In this document: one piece after another, positions 34,045 to 44,464 of the stretch | Position numbering within the stretch: the stretch's first letter is position 1 | How the letters are laid out: each line of letters starts with the position of its first letter | Origin: an uncultured Actinomycetes bacterium | GTDB lineage: Bacteria > Actinomycetota > Thermoleophilia > UBA2241 | Assembly (NCBI GenBank): GCA_963725665.1 | Contig: CAVRZA010000011.1 | Location: 576,001-640,000 of the forward strand | Direction of reading: 5' to 3' | DNA: 64,000 bases | The notes under the pieces: model-generated | Told to the model about the DNA's origin: nothing | Database searches by the model: none | What the model saw: the letters and a program-made list of their open reading frames with translations, nothing else | Program-made: the position numbers and the translations under genes

Positions 34045-35916
34045 CTAGTCGGCCGGCGAACTAGCGGACGGCGTGGGGCTGGCCGATGGCTCGCCGTCGG
34101 AGCTGAGGCGATAGAGCGTCACGATGCCGGTGCGCGAGGGCGCTTTGCCCCCGACCAGGATCCGCCCCGCGTCTGCGACACGAAGGAGCAGTCCGGGCGC
34201 TGCCGCGCGCTCGCCCAGACGCACCGCGTCCTTCTGCGCGAGGTCGAACGCCCACAGCGCGCCGTCCGCCCCCTCGTAGAGCAGGTACCCGTCGGCGAAC
34301 CAGGGTGAGGACAGTCCGCCCCCGAGAAGGTAACGGTTTCCGGCGGGATCGCGGGCGATGAGTGATCCGCTCGCACTCTCATCTGCCGCTGTGCTCGTGC
34401 TCTGGATCCAGGCCATCCAACCGGCCTCGGCGGCGAAGGCGGCGACCGTGCCGCGCGGGGCCAGTACGACGCGCACCTTGGAGAGCCGCCTGCCCGTCTG
34501 CAGGTCGAGGTTGACGAAGCTGTGCGACGAGCTCCGCCAGAGCACGACCTCATCGTCGTCGACAGTGAAGACGGGGCGATCCACCGACCTGGCGAGGGTC
34601 GTGAGGCGCCCGTTCGAGAGGTCGGCGCTCATCAGCGCCCAGACCGGGCGTGGCCGTGCTGTGGTGACCGTCGCGGATCCCTCGGAGGCAGTCGGCTCGG
34701 AGACGCTCCCCTTCGCGGTCGCGGCCGGCGCCGGTGTCTCCGACAACGAGGCCGGAGAGGCGGCAGCGCCCCCTTCTGCGGCCCCCTCCGTCGGCGTAGC
34801 AGTCACGGTCGGCGTTGGCGACGGGGACGCACTGGGTGCGGTGGACGGCGTCGTGCTCGTCGTGGCTGACGGCTCTGGCGAGGGCGTGACCGCCGTGGCG
34901 GTCGGCGCCGGCGACGGCGAGGCCGGCGGCGGCTGCGACGAGGCGGCGGAGGGCGCGTCGTAGACGACGCGCTCCCCACTGACCGCGAACGTGAACGGCC
35001 CGGCGGCCTTGAGGGCTGCCGTCGGCGCGGCGCGGCGCTGCGCGACGAGCCGCGCCTGTCCGAGGGCGGGCCCGTCGAGGATGCGGGACGCGTAGAGCCC
35101 GTAGGCGGGGCCGTCAGAGGTCGAGCCGCTCTCCTGCCAGACGACCCAGTTGTCGGAGACGCGCACGCCGTCGATCTTCCACCCCGACCGGGCGTGGGCC
35201 GGCCGCGTCACCAGGCGGCTGACCTTGCCGCTCGCGAAATCGAGGACCGCCAGCGACTTGGTGGCGGCCGGTTTGGCGGTGGCGGGTGTGGCGAGCACGG
35301 CAAAGCGGTCGCTGTAGTCGCGCACCGCCAGATGGCGCGGGATGCGGTACTGCAACAGGGCGACCTCGGGGACGTCGCGGGTGGCGGCGACCGGGGTCGC
35401 GGATGGCCCCGTCCGACCCGATCGCGTCGCCAAGATCGCACCGACCGTGGCCACGACGGCGATCGAGGCGGCGACGGCGGCGACGCGCAGCCAGGTGCGC
35501 GCGCCGCGGCGGCGGGCGGCGCGCGCGAGCAGCGAGGCGACCACGCCCTCCTGCTCGCGCGCACCGCCCGCCGCCGCGATGTTGGCCACGAGACGGTTGT
35601 AGAAGCCCTCACTAAGCTCGGGGACGGGCAGTCGTGCGAGCTCTTCGCCGAGCGCCGCGTCGCGCGCCTCGACGGGAGTGGCCTCAGGCACAGCGCCCAG
35701 CGCGGCGGCGCTCGTTTCGTCGGTCGTCTCAGCCTCGGCAGAGGCCAACCGCTCGCGTCCCCCGGCGTCGGCCGCGATGTTGGCCACGAGACGGTTGTAG
35801 AAGCCCTCACTAAGCTCGGGGACGGGCAGCGCGTCGAGCGCCTCGGCGAGGCGCAGATCGCGCTGCCCGTCGCGCTCCAGGCGCTCGCGGCCCATCTCGT
35901 CGTCTCTCTCGCTCAC
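34045..35916 (-). CDS. Putative anti-sigma factor (cytoplasmic N-terminus, TM, extracellular beta-rich domain with P/T/S linker)
   Basis: GTGA overlap with the ECF sigma stop; TM VAAVAASIAVVATVGAILA. Confidence 0.7.
   Translation of the reverse strand: MSERDDEMGRERLERDGQRDLRLAEALDALPVPELSEGFYNRLVANIAADAGGRERLASAEAETTDETSAAALGAVPEATPVEARDAALGEELARLPVPELSEGFYNRLVANIAAAGGAREQEGVVASLLARAARRRGARTWLRVAAVAASIAVVATVGAILATRSGRTGPSATPVAATRDVPEVALLQYRIPRHLAVRDYSDRFAVLATPATAKPAATKSLAVLDFASGKVSRLVTRPAHARSGWKIDGVRVSDNWVVWQESGSTSDGPAYGLYASRILDGPALGQARLVAQRRAAPTAALKAAGPFTFAVSGERVVYDAPSAASSQPPPASPSPAPTATAVTPSPEPSATTSTTPSTAPSASPSPTPTVTATPTEGAAEGGAAASPASLSETPAPAATAKGSVSEPTASEGSATVTTARPRPVWALMSADLSNGRLTTLARSVDRPVFTVDDDEVVLWRSSSHSFVNLDLQTGRRLSKVRVVLAPRGTVAAFAAEAGWMAWIQSTSTAADESASGSLIARDPAGNRYLLGGGLSSPWFADGYLLYEGADGALWAFDLAQKDAVRLGERAAAPGLLLRVADAGRILVGGKAPSRTGIVTLYRLSSDGEPSASPTPSASSPAD
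35573..35829. repeat. 59-bp exact direct repeat (35573-35631 and 35771-35829)
   Basis: Encodes LPVPELSEGFYNRLVANIAA twice; 198-bp period keeps the frame. Confidence 0.9.
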
Positions 35917-36566
35917 GGCTCGTCGCTCCTGGTCGTCGTGCGCGTCGAGGTGGTGTAGTCGGCAGCCTGCAAGGTCGCGCGCAGGGTGGCGCGCGCGTGC
36001 GAGAGGCGCGAGCCGACGGTGCCGGCCGGGATCCCCAGGACCTCTCCGGCGGTGTCGTAGTCGAGGCCCTCCTGATCGACGAGGAAGACCACCACACGCT
36101 GGTCGGGCGGCAGCGTCGCAAGGGCGGCGGCCAGATCGTTGCGCGCGGAGATCACATCGGCCGTGTCGGGCACGTGCTCGTCGGGCTCGGGGAGCTCACC
36201 GTCGATCGAGAGGAGCTCGCGGCGCTGCTTGTGAAGCTGAGTGACGCACGTGGTGAAGACGATGCGACACAACCACGTGCCGAGGGCGGCGTCACCGCGG
36301 AAGCTGGGGAGTGCGCGGTAGGCCTTCAGGAAGGCTTCTTGGAGGGCGTCCTCCATGGCCTCTTGGCTACCGACGACGCGGTAGGCGATCACGCGCAAGC
36401 GGTACTCGTAGTGACGGACGATGGCGGCGAAGGCTTCGGCGTCGCCGCGCTGCGCGGCGGCGACGATGGTGGGACTGATCTCGCCGGATCGCTCGCCCAC
36501 GCGCACTCTCCGCACGTAGCTCCTGCCGTGACGCCCGAGCGGCGCCGAGGCGACCGCCTCCATCAT
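35913..36566 (-). CDS. ECF RNA polymerase sigma factor
   Basis: EDALQEAFLKAYR, TWLCRI, GIPAGTVGSRLSHAR; GAGGAGG RBS. Confidence 0.93.
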   Translation of the reverse strand: MMEAVASAPLGRHGRSYVRRVRVGERSGEISPTIVAAAQRGDAEAFAAIVRHYEYRLRVIAYRVVGSQEAMEDALQEAFLKAYRALPSFRGDAALGTWLCRIVFTTCVTQLHKQRRELLSIDGELPEPDEHVPDTADVISARNDLAAALATLPPDQRVVVFLVDQEGLDYDTAGEVLGIPAGTVGSRLSHARATLRATLQAADYTTSTRTTTRSDEP

Positions 36567-36709
36567 CCTCCCTCTTCAGCCTCGGCGCCACCAGCCGCAG
36601 GCACCCCACGAACGGGTTCCCGCCGCCTCGATGTCACGACCCGCGGGAACAACGAGGGTTAGACAACGCGAGGGAGGAGATCCTTCGCCGACCCGGTCAC
36701 GGAGCGACC

Positions 36710-37027
36710 ATGAGTGACGAGAGCCGAAAGCCGGACTTCAAGACCGAGTCCCAGGGCTTCGACGAAGAGAACCGCGGCCTGCACGAGTGCATGCAGTGCG
36801 GCGCGAGCATATCGGCCAGCTCCGAGTTCTGCCGCCTGTGTGGCGCCGAGCTGAGCGGCGGCGGCTGGGAGGCGGGAGCCTCGTCTAGGCGGAGAGCACC
36901 CGGGTCCACGAACCTGCCGCCTGGGTCGTCGCCGCCCAAGCCTCCTCTCGACGAAGACACGGTGCCGTATCGAGTCCTTCCCGTCGGCCTTCGCCTGGTA
37001 CATGAGCTGGTCCGCCTGGTCGATTAG
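36710..37027 (+). CDS. Small zinc-ribbon protein (3' end uncertain)
   Basis: GGAG RBS; CMQCGA...FCRLCG; the part after about 36885 overlaps the GGDEF gene. Confidence 0.6.
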   Translation: MSDESRKPDFKTESQGFDEENRGLHECMQCGASISASSEFCRLCGAELSGGGWEAGASSRRRAPGSTNLPPGSSPPKPPLDEDTVPYRVLPVGLRLVHELVRLVD

Positions 37028-37832
37028 CTCGTCGACGGAGGCTGGCGGCCGCTCGAAGGTCGCGAGCCCGATGCAGCATGTCATGGGGTAGCTGGTTTGC
37101 CCCGCGGCCTTTTGAAAGGCCTCGTGACTCGTCGCATGACAGGCGCCGCATCGACTCGCCCCCGTCTCCGGCATGAGGATGGCGAACTCGTCGCCACCGA
37201 GACGGGCGACTGTGTCGACCGACCTGACCGTCGCCCGAGCCACGCTCGCCATCGCCTGCAGCACGCGGTCTCCTTCGGCGTGACCGCGAAGGTCGTTGAC
37301 GAGCTTGAAGTCGTCGATGTCGATGTAGGCGAGCGATAGATGCGTGACCATAGCGGCGACTGCGCTCGATCTCTCCGGCGACACAGGCTGCGAAAGGCAC
37401 GCGAGTTCGCCAGACCGGTCAGGTCGTCCGTGAGGGCCAGCTCCTTCTGCTGCGCTACGAGCATCTGGACTCTCTCGATCAGGTACAGGACCACGCAGAA
37501 GAGCGCCAGCCGCACCAGGGCGTTCCACGAGGCGACGAGTGCGGACTGGTGCCTGAAATGGGCCTCGTAGGCCTCGGCGGGCACGGTCGCGACGGCCGCC
37601 ACAGCGACGATGAATCCGTACATCGTCGAGCGAGTCAGCCAGGCGACCATGATGACGGGAAGTAGGTAGATGACCGACAGCGACACCTCGTACCGGTGGC
37701 GAAGTCCGCCCAGGCGATGGCGGCTACCATGGCAAGCCCAAAGAGGAGGATGCCCTTGCGGGGCAGCTCGCCCAAGTGTTGCGCCAGATCGCCCATCCGA
37801 AGCCGAGGCGCCGGTTTCGAGAGCGCGTTCAT
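36885..37832 (-). CDS. Membrane-bound GGDEF diguanylate cyclase (multiple frameshifts; ends approximate)
   Basis: TM region, TDDLTGLANSR, DIDDFKLVNDLRGHAEGD, RLGGDEF, ADQLMYQAK in different frames. Confidence 0.82.
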
Positions 37833-37925
37833 GTGCCCGGGTATCGGCGGGCGACGAGGGCGCTTGAGGGGAAGTGTTCGTTAGAGAGGTGCGGCCTCAG
37901 GGACCGCCAGACGGGGCGTATGAAG

Positions 37926-38001
37926 TGGTGCCCCCAACGGAATTCGAATCCGTGCTGCCGGCTTGAAAGGCCGGTGTCCTAGGCCGCTAGACGATGGGGG
38001 C
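37926..38001 (-). tRNA. tRNA-Glu (TTC)
   Basis: 76-nt cloverleaf GCCCCCA...CCGGC-CTTTCAA-GCCGG...TTCGAAT...CCA; TATACT upstream. Confidence 0.97.
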
Positions 38002-38214
38002 ACGCGCTGACTCAGGCAGGGAGTATACCCGACGGCAGGGCCGCTGCTCGACGCGGGCGGTGGGCCATGCGCGGCGCCCTTTCGGCTGCGCCAGCTCCGG
38101 CGCTGCTTGTCGGCCGCGCCGCGCGCCGATAGCCTGCCATCGACAAGGTGGTGCATCGTTCTGTGACCCTATGTGTGCGCGGCGACACGCACGCGGCGAC
38201 GGAGGAGACGGAGC

Positions 38215-39626
38215 ATGACGGAGGGCTCGACAGCGGAGAGTGCGCGCGGCCGCGGCGGCGAGCGCCGCGGCAGCCAAGACGTCGCGCGGATGCGCGAGCG
38301 GGTCGCCGCGGTGCTCCCCGCCGTGCGCCGCGACCTGGAGCGTCTGGTACGCATCCCGTCGATCGCCTTCGAGGGCTATCCGCAAGAGCCGGTACGCGGG
38401 CGGCCGCGGCGGTGGCGGAGCTGGTCGCCGCGGCCGGCATACCCGGTGTCGAGCTGCGTGAGGTCGCGCCCGACCCGCCGATGGTCTACGGCGTCAAGGA
38501 GGGACCGCCCGGAGCGCCCACGGTGCTCCTCTACGCGCACTACGACGTGCAGCCGGCCGGTGATGAACGCGACTGGAAGAGCGATCCGTTCGAGCCGGTC
38601 GAGCGCGAGGGGCGTCTGTACGGGCGCGGAGCGGCCGACGACAAGGGCGGCATAGCCGCCCACCTCGGCGCGCTCCGCGCCTTGGGCGACGAGCTCGGGG
38701 TCGGCGTCAAGGTGCTCATCGAGGGAGCGGAGGAGGCCGGCTCGGCAGGTCTCGACCGGCTTCTGTGCGAGCACCCCGAGCTCGTCGCAGCCGACGCCAT
38801 CGTCGTCTGCGACCTGGGCAACGAGAGGCTCGGCGAGCCCACGATGACGACGTCGCTGCGCGGTATAGCCGTGCTCGACGTCGAGGTGGCGACGCTCGCC
38901 GAGCCGACCCACAGCGGCTCGGGGGGCGCCGCTCCCGACGCTCTCATGGCCCTCATCCGTCTGCTCGACACACTCCTCGATGAGGAGGGTGACGTCGCCG
39001 TGCAAGGGCTCGCGCGCGTGCCGTATCGTGGCGTCGAGATCCCGGAAGAGAAGTACCGTGCCGACGTGGGCGTGCTCCCGGGAGTCGATCTCATCGGGAG
39101 CGGGAGTGTCGGCGACCGGGTCGCCGGCGGTCCGGCGATCAGCGTGATCGGCATGGAGACGCCCGACATCCGCAGCGCGCGCAACATCATCATTCCCGTC
39201 GCCCGTGCTCGCGTGAGCGTACGTCTCGCGCCGACGCAGGACCCCGCCGAGGCGCGAGCGCTCGTCGCGCGCCACCTCGAGGAGCACGTCCCCTGGCACG
39301 TCGGGCTCACAGTCACGGAGGGTGAGATCGGCCGAGGCTACCTGGCCGCCAGCGGCGGGCGCGTCCACGACCTGGCGCTGCGGTCGCTACAAGACGCCTA
39401 CGACCGTCCGGTGAGCGAGGTCGGCGAGGGGGGATCGATCCCGCTCGTGGCGGGGTTCAACGAGGCTGCTCCCCAGGCCGAGATCGTGCTCATCGGTGTT
39501 GCCGACCCCGCCTCGCGGGCCCACGCCGCGAACGAAAGCCTTGATCTCGGCGAGCTCGAGCGCACGACCGTTGCCGAGGCCTTGATCCTGCAGCGGCTCG
39601 CCGAAGCGAGCGACATCGACACGTGA
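38215..39626 (+). CDS. M20-family dipeptidase (frameshift near 38400)
   Basis: YAHYDVQP, YGRGAADDKGG, EGAEE, GGSIP, AHAANES; N-terminus in the 38173 frame. Confidence 0.9.
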
Positions 39627-39712
39627 CTCGAGCGACCCGCACACAGGGGCACAACGACGGCGACATCTGAGCGCCGACACCCCACCGACGAGCGACCCCG
39701 GGAGGTCCCGCA

Positions 39713-40819
39713 GTGAAGTACGTCCGCATGGCGATGGAGGAGGAATCGCCGGAGCAGTTCGGCTATGAGCGCATCAAGTACAACCTGTCGGAGAGCTCCG
39801 TGCGCGACCGGTCGTTGGGGGAGCTCGGCATCGACCTCGATGATCTGGTGCTCTTCTACGGCGACCACGAGGGGCACCCGGGCCTGCGCGAGATCGTCGC
39901 GGCCGCGAGTGGCGTCGACGAGCACGAGGTGCTCGTCACCGCCGGCGCGGCCGCCGCTCTCTTCATCATCGCCACGACGCTGCTCGGCAAGGGCGACCAC
40001 CTCGTCGTGTTGCGTCCGAACTACGCCACCAACATCGAGACGCCGCGCGCCATCGAGGCGGACATCACATGCATCGACCTCAGCTTCGACGACGGCTTCA
40101 CGATCGACGTCGACCGCATCGTCGCCGAGATCACGCCGCGCACGAAATACGTGAGTGTCACCGTGCCGCACAACCCCACCGGCCAGATGGTCACGGAGAC
40201 CGACCTGCGTCGTCTGGTGGCCGCTGTGGAGAGCGCCGGCTGCCGTCTTCTCGTCGACGAGACCTACAGGGAGATGACCTTCGGCGAGCCGCTGCCCGCG
40301 GCGGCGTCGCTGAGCACGCGGGCCGTCAGCGTCTCCTCGCTCTCGAAGACGTACGGCATCCCCGGCATCCGCATCGGTTGGCTCCTCTGCAAGGATCCCG
40401 ACCTCATGCGCACGTTCCTCGCGGCGAAAGAGCAGATCGGCATCTGTGGCAGCGTCGTCGATGAGGAGATCGCCTATCAGGCTCTGCGCCAACGGGACGT
40501 GTGGCTGCCAGAGCTCAATGCGCGCATCGAGAGTGCGCTGGGCGTCGTGCGCGAATGGATCGCGCACGAGGACCGGATGGAGTGGGTCGAGCCGCGCGGC
40601 GGCGTCGTGAGCTTCCCGCGCGTCAGGCCCGATGCCGGTGTCGATCTCGACGAGTTCTACCGTGTGCTGACCGATGAATACGGGACGTACGTGGGGCCAG
40701 GACATTGGTTCGAGCAACCGCGCGCCCATATGCGCGTGGGGTTCGGCTGGCCGACGCTCGACGAGTTAAGTGGGGGTCTCGCGGGAATCTCCGCGGCGCT
40801 GCAGGCCGCAGCTCGGTAG
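39713..40819 (+). CDS. PLP-dependent aminotransferase class I/II
   Basis: PHNPTG, DETY, SLSKTYGIPGIRIGW; GGAGG RBS. Confidence 0.92.
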   Translation: MKYVRMAMEEESPEQFGYERIKYNLSESSVRDRSLGELGIDLDDLVLFYGDHEGHPGLREIVAAASGVDEHEVLVTAGAAAALFIIATTLLGKGDHLVVLRPNYATNIETPRAIEADITCIDLSFDDGFTIDVDRIVAEITPRTKYVSVTVPHNPTGQMVTETDLRRLVAAVESAGCRLLVDETYREMTFGEPLPAAASLSTRAVSVSSLSKTYGIPGIRIGWLLCKDPDLMRTFLAAKEQIGICGSVVDEEIAYQALRQRDVWLPELNARIESALGVVREWIAHEDRMEWVEPRGGVVSFPRVRPDAGVDLDEFYRVLTDEYGTYVGPGHWFEQPRAHMRVGFGWPTLDELSGGLAGISAALQAAAR

Positions 40820-40940
40820 CCGCCCGGCCGACCGGCGGTGAGTCATGGGTGATCGGGAGGTGCGTCGCGCCGGCGGCGCGCATCGGTGGCGCTGAGTGCG
40901 TGACCGATCAGATGTGGTCTACCGTCGCTGTCGTCGGTAG

Positions 40941-41138
40941 CTACAGTCTCGGCGCGTAGCCGTTCCCGCCGGCAAGCTTCTTGAGCGCCTCACGATGTCT
41001 CGTCAACTCCGAGATGAGTCGCTCGATCTCGAGCGTGCCCTCAGGATCGTCGGTCAGTCTGCACCTGAGCCGCTCGAGATCGTCAAGCAGGCGGTCGGTC
41101 CCGACGATAGGCGCATGGTCGCCTTCCCACACTTCCAC
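40941..41138 (-). CDS. Small hypothetical protein (about 65 aa)
   Basis: TACAAT -10 at 41173-41168, AAAGGGGG RBS, GTG; charged helical sequence. Confidence 0.5.
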   Translation of the reverse strand: MEVWEGDHAPIVGTDRLLDDLERLRCRLTDDPEGTLEIERLISELTRHREALKKLAGGNGYAPRL

Positions 41139-41402
41139 TCCGGCCCCCCTTTGGCCTGATGGCGGCCATTGTAGCTGTGCTTGCGCGTCTTCAGAAGGGC
41201 TGCGGCCGTTGTTCCGTAGCCAGGGTGGGAGACTCCGTAGTCGACGTACTAAATTCCTCGGTGAGAATCCCTGCTCAGGGCGAAGTGCATGGCCTCTTGG
41301 CGGCGCGTAGCGTCTCCGCGGGTGGACACGGTGGCGGCAGATGCCTCCCGTCAAGCGGCGGCTAGCGAGTGCGCCGAGTCCGGGTGTCTGCTGGCCGTGG
41401 AC

Positions 41403-41419
41403 GGTGGGCCGCACAAGGA
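41403..41419 (-). repeat. Copy of the tRNA-Lys 3' end (att-like)
   Basis: GGTGGGCCGCACAAGGA vs GGTGGGCCGCACAGGGA at 41646-41662, 16/17 identical. Confidence 0.55.
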
Positions 41420-41463
41420 GCCCTGACGACCGCGGGGCCGAAAGGGACGGCCGCGCTGCTCGC

Positions 41464-41600
41464 TTACGTCTGCAGGCGCATCAGCGTCGAGTCGTAGTAG
41501 ATCGTCATGCGCACGACTTGGCCGCCTCGCCCTCCATGACCGTCGCTCCCGGCAGGGCCAGCTCCACGCCGGTCGAGAAGGCCCGTCCTTGCCCTGAAGT
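41464..41600 (-). pseudogene. 3' fragment resembling a SnoaL/NTF2-like gene
   Basis: Two frames join to give GVELALPGATVME / RGGQVVRMTIYYDSTLMRLQT-stop. Confidence 0.4.
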
Positions 41601-41644
41601 CGGACGGGCCGGCCGGGGGGTGCAAGGCTGCATGCAGGACCTTA

Positions 41645-41720
41645 TGGTGGGCCGCACAGGGATCGAACCTGTGACCTTGGGATTAAAAGTCCCCTGCTCT
41701 ACCGACTGAGCTAGCGGCCC
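41645..41720 (-). tRNA. tRNA-Lys (TTT)
   Basis: GGGCCGCTAGCTCAGTCGGTAGAGCA...CTTTTAA...TTCGATC...GCGGCCCACCA; TACACT upstream. Confidence 0.97.
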
Positions 41721-41922
41721 CCGGCCGGTGAAGTGTACCACCGGACCATCCCGTCGAGCTGGGTTGCAGTTGCGCCGCGACGGCACGGTGGTAGCGTTTG
41801 GCTGCAGCAGGGATCGCTTGGGGGAGTCCTCTCGCGACTCGCACGGCCGCCACGCTCGGCTGCGAGGCCGTGGGCAGGGCGGTCCCAACGGGGTGCAATC
41901 GGGGGCGACCAAGGGGGGGATC

Positions 41923-43770
41923 ATGACGAACCGATGGAACAATGTGCGGCGAGTAGCCCTGCTCGCTGGCGCGGTGGCCGCGCTCACGGCCCTCACCGGA
42001 GGCCTCATCGTCTCGCGTGCAGCTGCGGCAAGTCAGTCTCCGGCGGCGAGTTCTTCAGCGACCACCGGCAAGGTGATGCTCAAGATCGGGTGGATGGAGT
42101 CACCCGACAACATGAACCCGTTCATCGGCTGGAGCAACAACGTCTACGAGATCTACGGCAACGAGTACCTGCGCTTCGTCGAGCGGGACACAAAAACTCT
42201 GAAGCCGGGCAGCAAGGGTGTCGCCAAGAGTTGGGAGGTCTCTCCCGACGGCCTCACGTGGACCTTCCACATCAACAAGGGGATCACCTGGCACGACGGC
42301 ACGCCGCTGACGGCCGACGATGTCGCCTTCACCTTCAACTACATCGTCGACAACAACATGCCGCTGCTCAGTACTGCCACCAACAACATCAAGAAGGCCG
42401 TCGTCGTCGATCCCTACACGGTGAAGATCATCTGCACGCGACCCAAGGCGAACATGCTTTACGCGTGGATGATCATCCTGCCCAAGCACATCTGGTCGAA
42501 GCTGCCGCCTGATTTCGCGGGCAGCAAGTTCCAGAACCCGCCGCCCATCATCGGCAACGGTCCCTGGCAGGTCGTCGACTGGAAGCGTAACGACTTCGTC
42601 CGGCTGGTCGCGAGGAAGGATTTCTACCTGGGGCCGCCCAAGATCGATGAGCTCCTCTTCGTCGTCTACCAGAACGCCGATTCGATGGTCGAGGACCTCA
42701 AGTCGGGCAACCTCGACGCGGCCTACCTCTTCCCGGCAGCCCAATACGAGCCGCTCAAGAACACCGCCGGTGTCGCGCTCGAGAAGTACACCTGGTTCAA
42801 CTGGGACTACCTGGCCTTCAACTGCTACACGGGCAAGTCACACGGGAACCCGGTGCTGCGTGACCAGCGCTTTCGCGCCGCGCTCGAGTACGCGGTCGAC
42901 CGCACGCAGATCGTCGACGTCGCCTACAACGGCTACGCGATCCCGGGCTACACCTTCATGCCGCCCGGCGACTGGAAGGACCCCGACTACAGCTGGCAGC
43001 CCCCCGACGGGGTGCGCCGCGACTTCGACCTCACCAAGGCCAACCAGCTGCTCGACCAGGCCGGTTACGCCGACAGCGACGGCGACGGCATCCGCGAGTA
43101 CAAGGGCAAGGACATCGTGCTGCGCCTGTGGGCCAACAACGCGTCTCCGGAGAGCCAGCGCGCCTCCAAGCTCATCGCCGGCTGGTTCCGCCAGGTAGGC
43201 GTGGGGACCAGGCTCGCGGTCTACGACGACGGCGTCTACTTCGCCCGCGTCTGGAACTACGACGGCAACACGTTCGCGCCCGACTTCGACATGTACCTCT
43301 GGCAGTGGGACGGCTACTTCGACGCCGGCCAGACGCTCGACTGCTTCACCAGCGCGCAGATCGAGTACAACAACGAGCTTGCCTGGTCGAACGCGGAGTT
43401 CGACCGGCTCGACGCGGTGCAGAACAGGACGCTCGACCCGTACCAGCGGGCCGAGGTGATCAAGCAGATGCAGCAGGTGATGTACCAGGATGCGCCGGTC
43501 ATCGTGCTCAGCCATCCCTACAAGCTGGGCGCCTATCGCACCGACAAGTGGCAGGGCTGGGAGCCCTCCGACTACGGCAGAGGGCCTGTTTTCGCCGGCC
43601 AGATCAACCCGTGGGCGTACTACACCCTGCAGCCCAAGACGGCTACGGCGGCTGGGGGCGGCACGAGCTCGACCTTGACCGTCGTCATAGTCGTCAGCCG
43701 CGGTCGTCGCTGCGGTTGCGGCCTTCTTCCTCGTGCGGCGCGGGAGGCGCGGACGGGCCGAGGAGGAGTA
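41923..43770 (+). CDS. OppA/DppA-family ABC substrate-binding protein with C-terminal TM anchor (frameshift near 43697)
   Basis: AKSWEVSPDGLTWTFH, WHDGTPLTADDVAFT, IGNGPW, ANQLLDQAG; shifted frame gives AVVAAVAAFFLVRRGRRGRAEEE-stop. Confidence 0.88.
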
Positions 43771-43960
43771 GGCGGTCAGGCCTGGCCGATACCGGAGTTG
43801 ACGGTGGGGCGCACCAGGCTGATGCCGGACTGACTACGGTCGTGGGTCGCCCGGCAGCAGCGCGTGGAGCACGTGGTCGTTGCTCGCTGTACCGGACCCG
43901 TGCCGAGGGTGCAGGGGAGGTAGTCGGCGTCGGCGATCAGTACAGACGACGGGGCGAGCC

Positions 43961-44443
43961 TTACCATGGGGCACTCCACCACGAGCGGTGATCCTTGACG
44001 GTCACAAGCCAGGTGCTGCCCTTCCGGGCATCACCTTGACCGCGTAGGCGCCGGGGACCAGGTCGTTGAAGCTGGAGCGTCCCGGAGCTCTTGAGCTCCT
44101 CTGTCACTCTGAAGCCACGAGGATGAGCGGCATCCGGTGGGACCGTCGCGTGGTCCGCGCTGAGCCGGATCCTGACCGCTTGCGCCACGCCCGGCGACAC
44201 CTGCTCAGCGTCGATCCGCAGCTCGCCTCCCGTACGGACCCACAGAACGCTGGCTCTTGAGGTCTCGACCGACCCGACGTCGACCCACTTGGGGACGACG
44301 GCCCAGACGGTCACCCCAGCTATGACGCACAGTGTCCCGATGATGAGCCACTTGAAGGCCCGCCACGACAGCTTCGCCCCTTCGTCGCTTGCGGACGTTC
44401 CTTCGGCGTACTTGCCGGCCTTGCCGAACTCGGTACCGCTCGT
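43961..44443 (-). CDS. Hypothetical single-TM protein with apparent ACG start
   Basis: GGAGG-N5-ACG in frame with the 43961-44314 ORF; TM WLIIGTLCVIAGVTVWAVV. Confidence 0.5.
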   Translation of the reverse strand, partial: TSGTEFGKAGKYAEGTSASDEGAKLSWRAFKWLIIGTLCVIAGVTVWAVVPKWVDVGSVETSRASVLWVRTGGELRIDAEQVSPGVAQAVRIRLSADHATVPPDAAHPRGFRVTEELKSSGTLQLQRPGPRRLRGQGDARKGSTWLVTVKDHRSWWSAPW

Positions 44444-44464
44444 GGCGGCCTCCGATCGGGACCG

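Noticed and set aside
37926-41720. Genomic island between the two tRNAs
   Set aside because: No integrase and no tRNA-Glu repeat; the enclosed genes are ordinary metabolic genes
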